Assembly: GCA_002269645.1 (NCBI GenBank)
Contig: NIVC01001065.1
Coordinates: 1-42,339, forward strand
DNA: 42,339 bases
Source: Macrostomum lignano
Lineage: Eukaryota
Direction of reading: 5' to 3'
Each line of letters starts with the position of its first letter. The first letter of the stretch is position 1. A model generated the notes under the pieces. That model was given only the letters and a program-made list of their open reading frames with translations. It made no database searches and was not told the DNA's origin. This document shows positions 1 to 11,694 of this stretch, one piece after another. The translations under genes and the position numbers were made by a program.

Positions 1-123
1 TGGGGGACATCTGGATAGAATCTCTGTTTTTAAAGTAACAAAAAGACAGCCAAAAATCCTTCAAAAAGACAACAGACAAACTGCTCAAATGAAGTGCATT
101 GCAAAAAGAAATCATCCCAAGAC

Positions 124-636
124 TGCAAGCATCCCCCAGATAGCAAGCATCCCCTAGATAGCAAGCATCCCCAAGATGGCAAGCATCCCCCAGATAGCAA
201 GCATCCCCAGATTGCAAGCATCCCCCAGATAGCAAGCATCCCCAAGATAGCAAGCATCCCTCAGATAGCAAGCATCCCCCAGATAGCAAGCATCCCCCAG
301 ATAGCAAGCATCCCCCAGATAGCAAGCATCCCCCAGATAGCAAGCATCCCCCAGATAGCAAGCATCCCCCAGAAAGCAAGCATCCCTCAGATAGCAAGCA
401 TCCCCCAGATAGCAAGCATCCCCCAGATAGCAAGCATCCCCCAGATAGCAAGCATCCCCCAGATAGCAAGCATCCCCCAGATAGCAAGCATCCCCCAGAT
501 AGCAAGCATCCCCAGATAGCAAGCATCCCCAGATAGCAAGCATCCCCAGATAGCAAGCATCCCCAGATAGCAAGCATCCCCCAGATAGCAAGCATCCCCA
601 AGATAGATAGCATCCCCAAATAGCAAGCATCCACCA
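124..636. repeat. 18-bp minisatellite (CCCCCAGATAGCAAGCAT)n, about 28 copies
   Basis: Unit read directly; it produces the spurious (IASIPQ)n and (LGDACY)n ORFs. Confidence 0.97.
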
Positions 637-701
637 GACAATAAGTAGCTAGTGCGACAATTTCCTTAGCATTATAGCGGCTCCTTTAAAATTCGCTTAC
701 T

Positions 702-3045
702 TTTACGTTTGAAATTGTGTATCTTTTTATGTTTAACAGGGTGGCTCTTTTATGTTCTACGCTCGTACATGGTAACTCTTTTATGTTTGATACGGTGGTT
801 TTTCAATGTCTGACATAGTGGCTCTTCTATGTTTGACATGGGGGCTCTTCTATGTTTGACATGGGGGCTCTTCTATGTTTGACATGGGGGCTCTTCTATG
901 TTTGACATGGGGGCTCTTCTATGTTTGACAAAGTGGCTTTTTAATGTTCAAAAAGGTGGCTCTTTTATGTTTGACATGGTGGCTCTTTAATGTTTGACAT
1001 GGTGGCTCTTTAATGTTTGACATGGTGGCTCTTTAATGTTAGACAAAGTAGCTCTTTAATGTTTGACATGGTGGCTCTTTAATGTTAGACAAAGTAGCTC
1101 TTTAATGTTTGACATGATGGCTCTTTAATGATAGACATGGTGGCTCTTTAATTTTTGACATGGTGGCTCTTTAATGTTGGACATGGTGGCTCTTTAATGT
1201 TAGACATGGTGGCTCTTTAATGTTCGACATAAAGTCACTTATATGTTTGACATGATGGCTCTTTTATGTTTAACATGGTGGCTCTTTAATGTTTGACATG
1301 GTAGCTCTTTTATGTTCGACATGGTGGCTCTTTAATGTTCGACATGGTGGCTCTTTTATGTTCGACATGGTGTCGCTTCAATGTTTGACATGGAGTTACG
1401 TATATGTTTTACATGGTGGCTCTTTTATGTTCGACGTGGTGGCTCTTTAATGTTTGACATGGGGTCTCTTCAATGTTTGACATGGAGTTACGTATATGTT
1501 TGACATGGTGGCTCTTTAATGTTTTACATGGTGGCACTTTCATGTTTGACCTGGTGGCTCTTAAATGTTTGACATGGTGGCTCTGTAATGTTTGACATGG
1601 TGTCTCTTTAACGTTTGACATAGAGTCATGTATATGTTTGACATGGTGGCTCTTAAATGTTTGACATGGTGGCTCTTTAATATTTGACATGGTGGCCCTT
1701 TTATGTTCGACATGGTGGCTCTTTAATGTTTGACATGGAGTCATATATATGTTTGACCTGGTGGCTCTTGTATTTTTAACACGTTGGCTCTTTAATGTTC
1801 GACATGGTGGCTCTTAAATGTCTAACATGGAGTCACGTATATGTTTGACATGGAGTCATGTATATGTCTGGTATGGTAGCTCTTTAATGTTTTACATGGA
1901 GTCACCTATATGTTTCACATGGTGGCTATTTTATGTTTGACATGGTGCTTCTTAAATGTTCGACATGGTGGCTCTTTAATGTTTTACATGGTGGCACTTT
2001 CATGTTTGACCTGGTGGCTCTTTAATGTTTGACATGGTGGCTCTTTAATATTTGATATGGTGGCCCTTTTATGTTCGACATGGTGGCTCTTTAATGTTTG
2101 ACATGGAGTCATGTATATGTTTGACCTGGTGGCTCTTTAATGTTTGACATGGTGGCTCTTTAATGTTTTACATGGTGGCACTTTCATGTTTGACCTGGTG
2201 GCTCTTTAATGTTTGACATGGTGGCTCTTTAATATTTGACATGGTGGCCCTTTTATGTTCGACATGGTGGCTCTATAATGTTTGACATGGAGTCATGTAT
2301 ATGTTTGACCTGGTGGCACTTTCATGTTTGACCTGGTGGCTCTTTAATGTTTGACATGGTGGCTTTTTAATATTTGACATGGTGGCACTTTCATGTTTGA
2401 CCTGGTGGGTCTTTAATGTTTGACATGGTACCTCTTTTATGTTCGACATGGTGGCTCTTTAATGTTTTACATGGTGGCTCTTTAATGTTTGACATGGTGG
2501 CTCTTTAATGTTTGATAAGGTGGCTCTTTAATGTTTGACATTGTGGCTCTTTAATATTTGACAAGGTGGCTCTTTAATGTTTAAAATGGTGGCTCTTTAA
2601 TTTTCGAAATGGTGGCTGTTTTATGTTTGACATGGTGGCTCTTTAATGTTCGACATGGTGGCTCTTTAATGTTCTTAATGGTGTCTGTTTTATGTTTGAC
2701 CTGGCGGCTCTTTAATGTTTGACATGGTAACTCTTTTAGGTTTGAAATGGTGTCTCTTTAATGTTTGCCATTGTGGCTCTTTAATGTTTGACATGGTGGC
2801 TTTTTAATGTTCGACATGGTGGCTCTTTTAGGTTTGAAATGGTGGCTCTTTAATGTTTGACATTGTGGCTCTTTAATGTTCGACATGGTGGCTCTTTAAT
2901 GTTTGACATGGTAACTCTTGTATGTTTGATATGGTGGCTCTTTTACGTTCGACATGGTGGCTCTTTAATGTTTGACATTGTGGCTCTTTAATGTTTGAAA
3001 TGGTGGCTCTTTAATGTTTCGACATGGTGGCTCTTTAATGTTGAG
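702..3045. repeat. 23-bp minisatellite (TTTGACATGGTGGCTCTTTAATG)n, about 100 copies, with a 184-bp higher-order repeat
   Basis: Unit read directly. Variant monomers recur at multiples of 23 bp, e.g. GGTGGCCC at 1691, 2059 and 2243 (spacings 368 and 184). Confidence 0.97.
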
Positions 3046-3479
3046 AATTTTGTGTTTTTTAACGTGTTTTAATAAAAAAAACATTTTTCACCACTAAGAT
3101 TCGAACCAAGGTCGCTACATTAGCATTCCAGTCTGTTTGCATCCGGCTATCTCTTTTCAATTGAAGAACATGACTTGTGGCCCTTATAATTCAATACTTA
3201 TAGCAAGTCGGTTAGAGTAAAAGTTATGACATAATCAATTTCTCAGTCAGCCAGTATCAGTCTCAATTCAAGTTAGCAATATGGTTACGCAATTTCAATG
3301 AAGTCTTGTGTGCGTTTCTGTGGCACTGTTTTCACCTTGTTGTGATGCAATCTTTATCACAATCGTAATTCAGCCAGTCAGTTTTTTCTCTAGCATTCTT
3401 ACAATGCATTTCAAGTCAAAAATTTGGCTTGACCTTTGCAAAAAAGCATGTTTTTCGAATATTTAATCCCTTTAACATT

Positions 3480-3627
3480 GAGCAATTTCTTAGCCAAGAT
3501 ACATGTACCGTCCCAGGAACATTTCTGATCGAATGGTGCAAGTTTGAAGAAAATCGGTTGAGCCATTTTTTCTGAAATCTATCGCATAGCTAGTTAGTTA
3601 CAGACATTTCATTTTTAGTATATAGGA
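3480..3627 (-). mobile_element. 5' end of a non-autonomous Helitron-like (Lep1/HINE-type) element
   Basis: Minus strand reads A|TCCTATATACTAAAAATGAAATGTCTGT...GGCTCAACCGATTTTCTTCAAACTTGCAC. This is an A|TC terminus followed by the TATA-rich start and the AACCGATTT...AAA motif typical of these elements. The 3' CTRR end was not located. Confidence 0.5.
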
Positions 3628-4432
3628 TTTTAACATCCCTAAAAAAGCAGAAAACTGCTTTTTTAACCCTCAATAACCTTCTTTGGCAACTCTGACTGGG
3701 GCTGCAGCCAGTTTGTAAAAATAGCCACCCCAACCTCCGCCCGCGGGCCGCTGTGTATTGAGGGGTGGTGGGTGCGCGTGTTCTGGGTTCAATGCAAATA
3801 AAACCCCCCGCGTGTTGGGGGGTTGAGTTAAAGTTAATGCTTCCCCCAGAACGGGGGTTGGGCTTGGGCTGAGTGTACATAGCAGTTGTACAGTGTAAAT
3901 AGATAGACTGTGTCGAGATTCATTTGGTTTTATTATTAGCGCCTTTTTTCCATAGGCAGCCCTGTGTATTAGTTTGGCAGTGAAATTCAATGAATTGCGA
4001 GCTTCTCTATCTCAAGCAAGCAGTCGGGAAATCGGTAAATTTCTAACGCTAACTGTTCCTCGAGTTTTAAACTTTGAGAGGAGACACTTATATTGCTGGA
4101 AAGATCTTGCAACGCTGAGTTCAGGGATAAAAGTTGTTTGCTTTATATATGAAAAGAAAAAGCACCGCATTTAAAAAAACTATTTCCATACTTTCAACTT
4201 TCTGCAAAAATTGTACTCAGTTTTGCGAGATGTAATAGATAAAGTTAGGGGACGGGTTCAACTTCTCACTGCTGCTGTGTATTGGAGGGTTGATTTAGAT
4301 TGCGCAATGTTTTTGTTAACCTTAACTGAGACTGATACTGACTGACTGACTGTGAAATCGGTTGCGCAATGAATTGATTCAATTAGTTGAATATTTTTAT
4401 CAGTGCCCTTTAACACGAAGCTGTGCGTAGTT

Positions 4433-4456
4433 CTAACCCTAACCCTAACCCTAACC
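4433..4456. repeat. Short interstitial telomere-type repeat (CTAACC)4
   Basis: CTAACCCTAACCCTAACCCTAACC equals (TTAGGG)n on the minus strand. Confidence 0.85.
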
Positions 4457-4574
4457 AATGAATCCGGAGAGTTGAGTTGTTTGACGGAAAAAATTCGATT
4501 GAGTCTAGTTTAGCGGAGACGATCTTGCTTCTGCTTCGCGGAGAGGATCTTGATGGATTTGGCATCTTCAATCA

Positions 4575-5585
4575 GTCATAGAAGAAAGTAAAGAAAAGAA
4601 TGAAAAGAGAAGAGAGATGAGATGATAGAAAACAGAGTAGAAATGAGTGGAGAGATTAGACATGACAGATGGGAGAGAAAAGGGGAGTAAGGCGGGAACG
4701 AAGGAGAGAAGAGGAGAGAGGAGATGAGAGGGGAGATATGAGATAGCAGAGAGAGACAAGAGAGATGATAGGAGAGAGAATAGATGAGGGATAAGAGCGT
4801 ACAGAGGAAATAGAAGAGAGGGGAAGTAGAGGAGAAAGAAAGAATGAGATGAGGGATGAGAGATGAGAGGGGAGGGGAGAGAGGAGAGAGAAAAGAGGAG
4901 AAAAGAGGGGAGAAAGGAGACAGGAGAGAGTAGAGACGAAAGACCAGGGAGAAGATATAAATAAGGTAGTAGAGATGAGAGGAGAGAGAGGAGATCAAGA
5001 AGCGAGAGGAGAAGAGAGAGCCGAGATAGGAGAGAGATGAAGGATCAGAGATGAGAGAGTTAAGAGAGGAAAGTAGTGAGGAGAGGAGAGATGAGAGATG
5101 CGATGAGAAAAGAAATGAGAGGTGCGATGAGAAAAGAGATGAGTGAGAACAAAAGAGAGAAGAGATTAGAGATTAGAGAAGAGAGGGGAGAAGATGAAAG
5201 AAGAAAGGAGAGAAGAGAAGAGACAGAGGATAGTGGAAAGGAGAAAAAAGATGGGAGATAAGAAAGTAGAGAGTGAGAGCGTATATAAGATATGAGAAAT
5301 AAGAGCAGAGAGGAGAGAAAAGAGAAGAGAGAGAGAGGGTTAAGGAGAGACGATAGATAAGTGAGTAGATATGAGATATGAGAGAGGAGAGGAGAGAAGA
5401 CAGGAGACAGAAGTGAAGAGGAGAGATATGAGAGAAGAGAGGAGACAAGAGACAGGAGAGGGTACAGACGAAAGATGAGGGAGAAGAGATAAATAAGGGA
5501 GTAGGGGTAGAGATGAGATGAGAGAGAGGAGAGAGAAGAGAGTCACGATAATAGCGAAGAGAGGAGAGAGGAGATATGAGAGACG
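4575..5585 (+). repeat. Purine-rich (GA) low-complexity tract
   Basis: Plus strand is almost all A/G; source of the S/L-rich and R/E-rich pseudo-ORFs. Confidence 0.95.
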
Positions 5586-5748
5586 TGAGAGTCTTTAAGC
5601 CATGGGCTTTGAAAGGTTTTGTAAAGAATTTGGAGACGATTTGGAAGATAGGGTTCAAGACATGGAATTTCAGTTGATGGATATTTCAGGGAATGGAATT
5701 CCGGTGATGGGAGTTCTTCCCCTTTCTCCCCCGAAGGAGGAGTTCCAC

Positions 5749-6060
5749 TCGTATACATATAAAAATCAAAACTCTGTCTGTCTGTCTGTGGACAATTTTG
5801 TTCGCTATGGACTCCCAAACCGCTCAACCAAATTACACCAAACTTTACACCCACCCTAAGCTTACTACGGAGAATGTCTTAGGCTACCTTCAAATTTCCT
5901 AGACTCAAGTCTTCTTCCTGCCTAAAAGTACAAAAAACTGCTCAAAATGCGCAATTTTTTCACTTAATCCTCCATAGCGCCGTTCCACTTCTACCGATTC
6001 TCTTCAAATTTGACACATACAATCTTCAACTATTTTGACATAATCATGTAAAATTTCAAA
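5749..6060 (+). mobile_element. Possible Helitron/HINE-like non-autonomous element 5' module
   Basis: TCGTATACATATAAAAATCAAAACT(CTGT)4...AAACCGCTCAACCAAATTACACCAAACTTTACAC resembles Lep1/HINE starts, including the CTGT microsatellite. The base preceding TC is C rather than the canonical A. Confidence 0.4.
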
Positions 6061-6964
6061 TTTTAAAGTTAATCCTGAAAGCCGGTGTGCAATTTTAAAG
6101 TTAGGCTGTTTTTTTTCAGCGAGGCAGCCACCCCAACCTCCGCCCGCCTGCCTCTCTTTCCCGATCTGGGCCCAGATGTGTAAAAGGGTTTCAAAATTGA
6201 CTAACTTTCAGCTGCCATAAGTTTGCTCCACGTAAAGCGATTGACTTCAAATTTGACACAATTCTTTATTGACTTATTCTCTGTCCAAATATAAAGTCTG
6301 AACTCTGTATCTCAATCAGAACAGAAACTGTAAGCATGTGAAGTTTGTCTGCTTTTTCTGTTGTTTGTTCCACTCACTCACTAATTCCCCCAGAGCCAGA
6401 CCAAGGGTCAGGCGATAGGGCTGAATGTACATGGCAATGTACAGTGTTTTGGAATAGCTTTGTTTATGGCCTTCTCTGCACCCCCGTGGAGAGGCTACGT
6501 TAGCCATGCATAACAGTTTAGTGAGAAATTCTAACCACTGTCCTCTGTATAGGCAAACTCTGCATCAGTTTAACAGTGGGTGGCAGTTGGCAAATCAAGG
6601 CAATCCAGCATGGTTTGTAAAAGCGAAAGATTTATGAAAAGGCAATGCAATGCGATTCAACCCTACTAAATTAGTCACAGTCACACCATGGAAATTTTAA
6701 GTTTCTCTTAAAAGTACTTTGAAATTTAAATGGCCTCCTAAGAAATGCGTATTTCCTTGGTTGTTAGACTGATGCAGACTGCAGTGGAGCTGAAGATACA
6801 CAAATTCTTTTCAGGGCTTGCAAATTGGCAAGAAAGATGACATGATCAAAGCATGAGAACAGCCATGAGAGTACTACGTCCCACAAACTGGCTTTCCAAG
6901 CAGGAATGGGCAGACTTTTACCTCAAAGTCCAGAAAAGAATCCAGCTTATGGCTGAGGGGCAGT

Positions 6965-8320
6965 TGAGAGTGTGGAGAAGAAGGAATAGACGATTCGAAA
7001 AGAGAGGAGAGGTGAGAGAGGGAATAAGAGAAAAGATAAAAGATAATAGGAGAGATGAGGGAGTGAGGACGATGAGAGGAGAGAGTGGAGAGGAGCAAGT
7101 AGAGAGGAGAGAGTAGAGGAGCGAGTAGAGATGAGAGAGATGAAAGAAAAGATATCGAGAGAGTAGAGATGACAGATGAAGGAAGAGAGAGCAGAGTGCA
7201 GAGAGACGAGAGAAGAGAATAGAGGGGAGAGAGTATAAAAGAGGGAAGAGAAGAGAGGAGTAAGGAAAGAGAGGAGTCAGAAGAGGGGAAAGAGAAGAGT
7301 ACACAGTAGAGAGGAGAGTAGAGATGACAGAAGAGAGAGGGGAATGAGAGAGTGAAGATGAGAGTGAACAGACGATATAAGAGAGGAGAGAGGAGAGTGG
7401 GAGAGAAGAGAGAAGACAAGAGAGGGAGAGAGTATAGAAGTGAAGAGACGAGAAGAAAGAAGAAAGGATCAAGTCCTCCTGAGTCAAAAAAGAGGAAAGA
7501 GAGGAGTAAAAGAGGAGCGAGGTGAGAGAACATATGAGAGTAAAGATGACAGATGAGAGAAGGGAGATGAGAGAGCAGAAACGAGAGTGAACAGACGAGA
7601 GATGGGGAGTAGAGAGAAAAAAAGAGAGCTATAAGAAATAAGAGATGAGAGGTGGAGACAAGGGAGAGATGAGAAGTGAGTGAGGAGAGAGGAGGGGAGG
7701 GGAGAGAATCGAGAGGACAGGGGAAATTGGTGAAAAGGAAGAGATAGGAGAGGAAAGAGGGGAGAGATTAGAGAGAAGAGAGATGGGACAGAAGAGAGCA
7801 GAAAAATGAGAGGAGAGAGAAAGAGGGGGAGAAGAGAGAGTGCAGAGAGAAATGACAAAAGATAAGAGAGAGAAGATAAAAGAAGAGAAAGGAGAGAGAA
7901 GAGAGGTAATGGAAGAGACGATAGAAGAGATGAGAGGAGAGAGTGTACAGAGGAGAGGAGAGAGTTGAGAGAAGAGAGGAAAAATGAGAGAGGAGAGATG
8001 AGGGAAGTGTTGAGAAAGGGTAGAGTAAGGGGTGAGAAGAGGAGAGAGGGAAGAGAGAGTAGAGAGCAGAGAGAAATGAGAAGAGATAAAAGAGGAGATA
8101 TGAGTGACCAGAGACCAGAGAGAAGAGAGAAGAGAGGAGAAGAGAAAGAAAAGAATAGAGGGGAGAGGGAAGAGACGAGAGAAGAGACTAGAGAGGAGAG
8201 AGGAGAAAAGAAAGAAGGAGAGAGGAGAGGAGAGAGAGAAGAGACGAGAGAGAAAATAGGAAACAGAAGAGAAGATAGAAGTTTCAAAGGATGCAAAGGA
8301 CATAGGGAGAGGCAGAGGTA
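6965..8320 (+). repeat. Second purine-rich (GA) low-complexity tract
   Basis: Same composition and strand bias as 4575-5585. Confidence 0.95.
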
Positions 8321-8386
8321 GAAGCCAGAGTTTGCCTGACATTCTGCGCAGCACCCCAGCCAACAATATCAATGTTAGCCTCAAAT

Positions 8387-8560
8387 CTTCCTGTGGGCAA
8401 ACTTCCTGTGGGCAAACTTCCTGTGGGCAAACTTCCTGTGGGCAAACTTCCTGTGGGCAAACTTCCTGCTGGCAAACTTCCTGCTGGCAAACTTCCTGCT
8501 GGCAAACTTCCTGCTGGCAAACTTCCTGCTGGCAAACTTTCCGCGGGCTAATTTCCTGCT
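8387..8560. repeat. 15-bp minisatellite: 5x CTTCCTGTGGGCAAA then 5x CTTCCTGCTGGCAAA
   Basis: Read directly; translates as (SCGQT)5(SCWQT)5. Confidence 0.96.
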
Positions 8561-8939
8561 GGCTATAGACCTTGGGCAGTATTAATCAAAAGGCGTGCGC
8601 CCTCTTCCTCGCTCACAACGCATATATAATTATTTGGCCAATACCCCAATCCACAAGGTACCGACCCCAACCACCATAACTTGATCGTCACAACAGCCGG
8701 CCAATCAGGGCACGCGCAGGGCAGAGGGTACATGATGGCTAGAGGGGGCACTGAGTGATGCACATGACTTGTGGGGGTTGCGTGCTAGCGGCAAGCATTA
8801 ATGGGGACGGGCTGTGAATAAGAATTGGACACGCCCCATGCCAAGCAGACAGAATTAATTGGTGGGGTTGAGCAAAATCAGTGGGGAGGGGTTAGAGTGT
8901 TAGAGGGTTAGAGCCAGTGATTTCTTATCGGTTCAGGTG

Positions 8940-9232
8940 TAACCGGGCTAATCTCCAACAGAAAAATTTCGTTTTTAAATTTAGCTCTATAAAATGCATT
9001 CACTTGCACATTTTGCCACCTTTTCAAGCGGTATTTCTGCCGCACAATAAACTTGCATGTGTCTGCCCTCAACATTCCAACATAGAATTGAACAATTACA
9101 TGTACATCAAAATTAACATTTGCAACAGACATAAATTGCTGCGTTTGCAAACGAAACCGAAGCTCGAGCTAAAATATTATACCTTTTCGCTGCATTTGAA
9201 TTTTTTTTTAGTCGGAGAAATTGATCACGGTC
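8940..9232. mobile_element. Possible ~290-bp MITE-like element with imperfect TIRs
   Basis: Left end AACCGGGCTAATCTCCAACAGAAAAATTTC loosely matches the reverse complement of the right end (GACCGTGATCAATTTCTCCGACTAAAAAAAAATTC). Similar left ends occur near 12780 and 14025. No clear TSD. Confidence 0.3.
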
Positions 9233-10644
9233 GTTCGTTCATCAAGGCATGTTGATTTAAAAAGTGAAAGGCTGATGTTTTACGGCAAAATACATCCAAC
9301 ACTTTATATTTGTGATGGGTTTCGACCTTCGGGCCCCTTGTGGGGAAGCCTTCGGGCCTCAGGTCTCAGAAATAAATCAATTAGAGACCTAGCCCCCCAC
9401 TCCTGTCAGATGGTCAGCTCCATGGTAGCTTGATCGTGTGGCGAGCAGTCTGGGTCCTATAGCTAAGAGAGGGACAGCGAGAGACAAGCAGGGAGAATTT
9501 TGAAGGTAGAAATTAGTTAATCCGCAGATTAGCTAACTCGCTGCCACCAGCCCGTGCGCCCTGGCTCACCACACCGGGACTCTCGAAATCGGGCTTCCGA
9601 CTAGAAGGGGCTTTGCACTTACCTGCCAACTAGTGTCTTTTTGCTGTCAATCTCGAAGTCATAGCCGATGATAAGGGACACTGCTGGGACTAGATCGCGT
9701 TGGCCATGCAGGTACAAAGGGGACTTGTGCAGGGGATTCTTGCAGTGGCGAGTTTATGGGGTAGCTACATGTACTATTACATTGCTAAATACGAAGATAT
9801 GTACTTTTGGACTTCAGCGCGCCAACTAGCCTCTCCTAGCGCTGATGATAGGCTAACTCGAACATCAGAGACCGCATGATTTATTTACCCGAGCCGCTTG
9901 GCTACCCTAGAGTGCACAAAGTACATCTCTGGCGCCGATTCTGCACTTCTGGCAGTTTTGCTCACTGATTTGATAGATTGGTCGACTGAGAACTGCCTTG
10001 CCATTGGTCCACTGTGACCGGCGCCTACTAGCTTAGCTACTCATCTGAGCCATCGGCGAACAAAGAAATAAAACCGATAAAAATAACTGTTAGATTTAAC
10101 CTTCTCCTCAAATCAATCCGCACTTCGGATTGAATTGGAGTTTTTAGACTACTAGCAGTATTATTGAATGACTTCTGCCTCAGCAACAGCACTACTGAAC
10201 AAAATGAGCAAAAGTGTGCGCCTAATTCAACTACTGAAACAGGGGACAGATAAGGGATCACCCAATCAAGCAAATCTAGGTAGCCTCTCACCCAACCAAT
10301 CAGAAACTCAACAGCCGGAGACCAGGTAATCCACAGTGACCGAACCGGCTTGATGCTTCGCAGCTGTAGACTCGGGATGATGCTGATGTCACAATCTTCG
10401 CTGATAGCTAGCAGGTGATGATCTTAACTTTGATGTTCGCTGCTGATTACCGGGGAACTACCTTGATGATGAGGGGGGGAAGTCGCAATCCGGGGATCAA
10501 GAAACGACGGTCAGTTCCTGGCCGGTGGAGCACAGAAATGCAAGTAGAGCGAAGGGCGAGCAAGTTGGAGTCCGAGCGGGCCAAAAACACCGGTTTAAAT
10601 AGCCGCCAACTGGACCGCAGTTTGTTATAGTGGAACACGTCGAT

Positions 10645-10726
10645 TCTGATTGGCTAAGCCGTTTTGTTAAAATGAGCGCCGAATTTTCTGATTGGCTGAG
10701 CTTGTTGCCACCCAGAATCACGTGAC
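10645..10726 (-). promoter_or_regulatory. Two CCAAT (NF-Y-type AGCCAATCAGA) boxes plus a TCACGTGAC E-box
   Basis: TCTGATTGGCT occurs twice about 42 bp apart, with TCACGTGAC near 10718. Motif match only; no linked gene identified. Confidence 0.3.
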
Positions 10727-11434
10727 CGGGAGATCCTATCAGTTCCCACAGGGTCGTAAAAAGATGACAGGTGCGGCCATAAATCAATCGAAATCGCAAC
10801 AAAATGATTTATGACTTTTCGCGTAGGATTGACAGAAAATATATACATTAGAAAGCTCTTATTATATAGAAAGTGAAGATAATGAAGAGAAATCACTAAT
10901 CGCTAATCCCAAAGTACTTTTAGGGGTAAAACGCATAGCTGTCAAAGCTGTCACACGCTTGAGTGAACCCGAACAATAGGCCCTGACCTCATAAATCTGA
11001 TGGCCTGTCAAGAATGATGAGAAAAAAGCCATCATTCGCATCCCCTCAGACCATCTGGCGCCAGCCTCAACACTGAGTGAAGCGCAGGTGGCTGTCAGAC
11101 CGACTTTGAAAGCGATGATTTATGACCCAAAAAGTTACGCCTATGCTATTATGACTATTAGTATGACCAAACCATATATCTAGTATAAATTCTATGTTAC
11201 TTTGCAGAAAACGGATAAAAATGCCCCTAGCCTACTGATAGTAAGCAAGTAAGTTTATAGCCCATGTGCTAGCGCGGGATTTGGAAAAAAAGGGCGTCCT
11301 CATCACTTGCTCATTTATGTGCAAAAAAGATGTTCACAAGCGAATTTTATCATATATTAACTTTGTTTTGATTGCTGCTAGCTGCATAAGCAGCAAACTG
11401 ATGGTACTTCGCTTGCTGCTTGATAGCACCTTTA

Positions 11435-11694
11435 TGAGATCCCCTCACCTGCGTTTTTTCTCCCCTTGAGATCCCCACCTAAGTATCTTATCCCCGTGTG
11501 ATCCTCTTACCACTGTATCCGAATTAGCATCCGTATCCGTATCCGTGGCCACGGATGCAGCTGAACAAAGTTCCGGATCCATTGGACTCTGCGGATTTAC
11601 GAGTTGAAGCGCGATAAATGATAAACTGTTGTTGGTGCTAAAAATGAAAATGGGCCAAATTTCACTTTTTTCTGTACATAAATTTAAATTGAAC
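11435..11694 (+). repeat. Dispersed repeat, unexpanded relative of 13465-13687
   Basis: TGAGATCCCCTCACCTGCGTTTTTTCTCCCC...GCAGCTGAAC...CCATTGGA...ATGGGCCAAA...ATAAATTTAAATTGAAC aligns colinearly with 13465-13687. Confidence 0.9.

Noticed and set aside
30-641. ORFs of (IASIPQ)n, (LGDACY)n and (MLAIWG)n
   Set aside because: They are translations of the 18-bp minisatellite; the frame breaks at 17-bp units and there is no unique coding context.
702-3045. Minisatellite arrays as CRISPR arrays (also the 25-, 30- and 32-bp arrays)
   Set aside because: The units are head-to-tail with no unique spacers, there are no cas genes, and the context is eukaryotic.
4433-4456. Chromosome end or telomere fusion
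   Set aside because: Only four units in one orientation; such short tracts are common in repeats.
5602-7116. Protein-like snippets GFERFCKEFGDDLEDRVQDMEFQL (5602) and MRTAMRVLRPTNWLSKQEWADFYLKVQKRIQLMAEG (6853), plus similar snippets near 13830-13922 and 14882-14980
   Set aside because: They could be host exons or TE debris, but I recognise no family and could not build a consistent splice chain. A BLASTx or RNA-seq check would decide.
4568-8384. Long S/L-rich and R/E-rich ORFs (up to 270 aa)
   Set aside because: Artefacts of GA/TC low complexity, which lacks stop codons on one strand.
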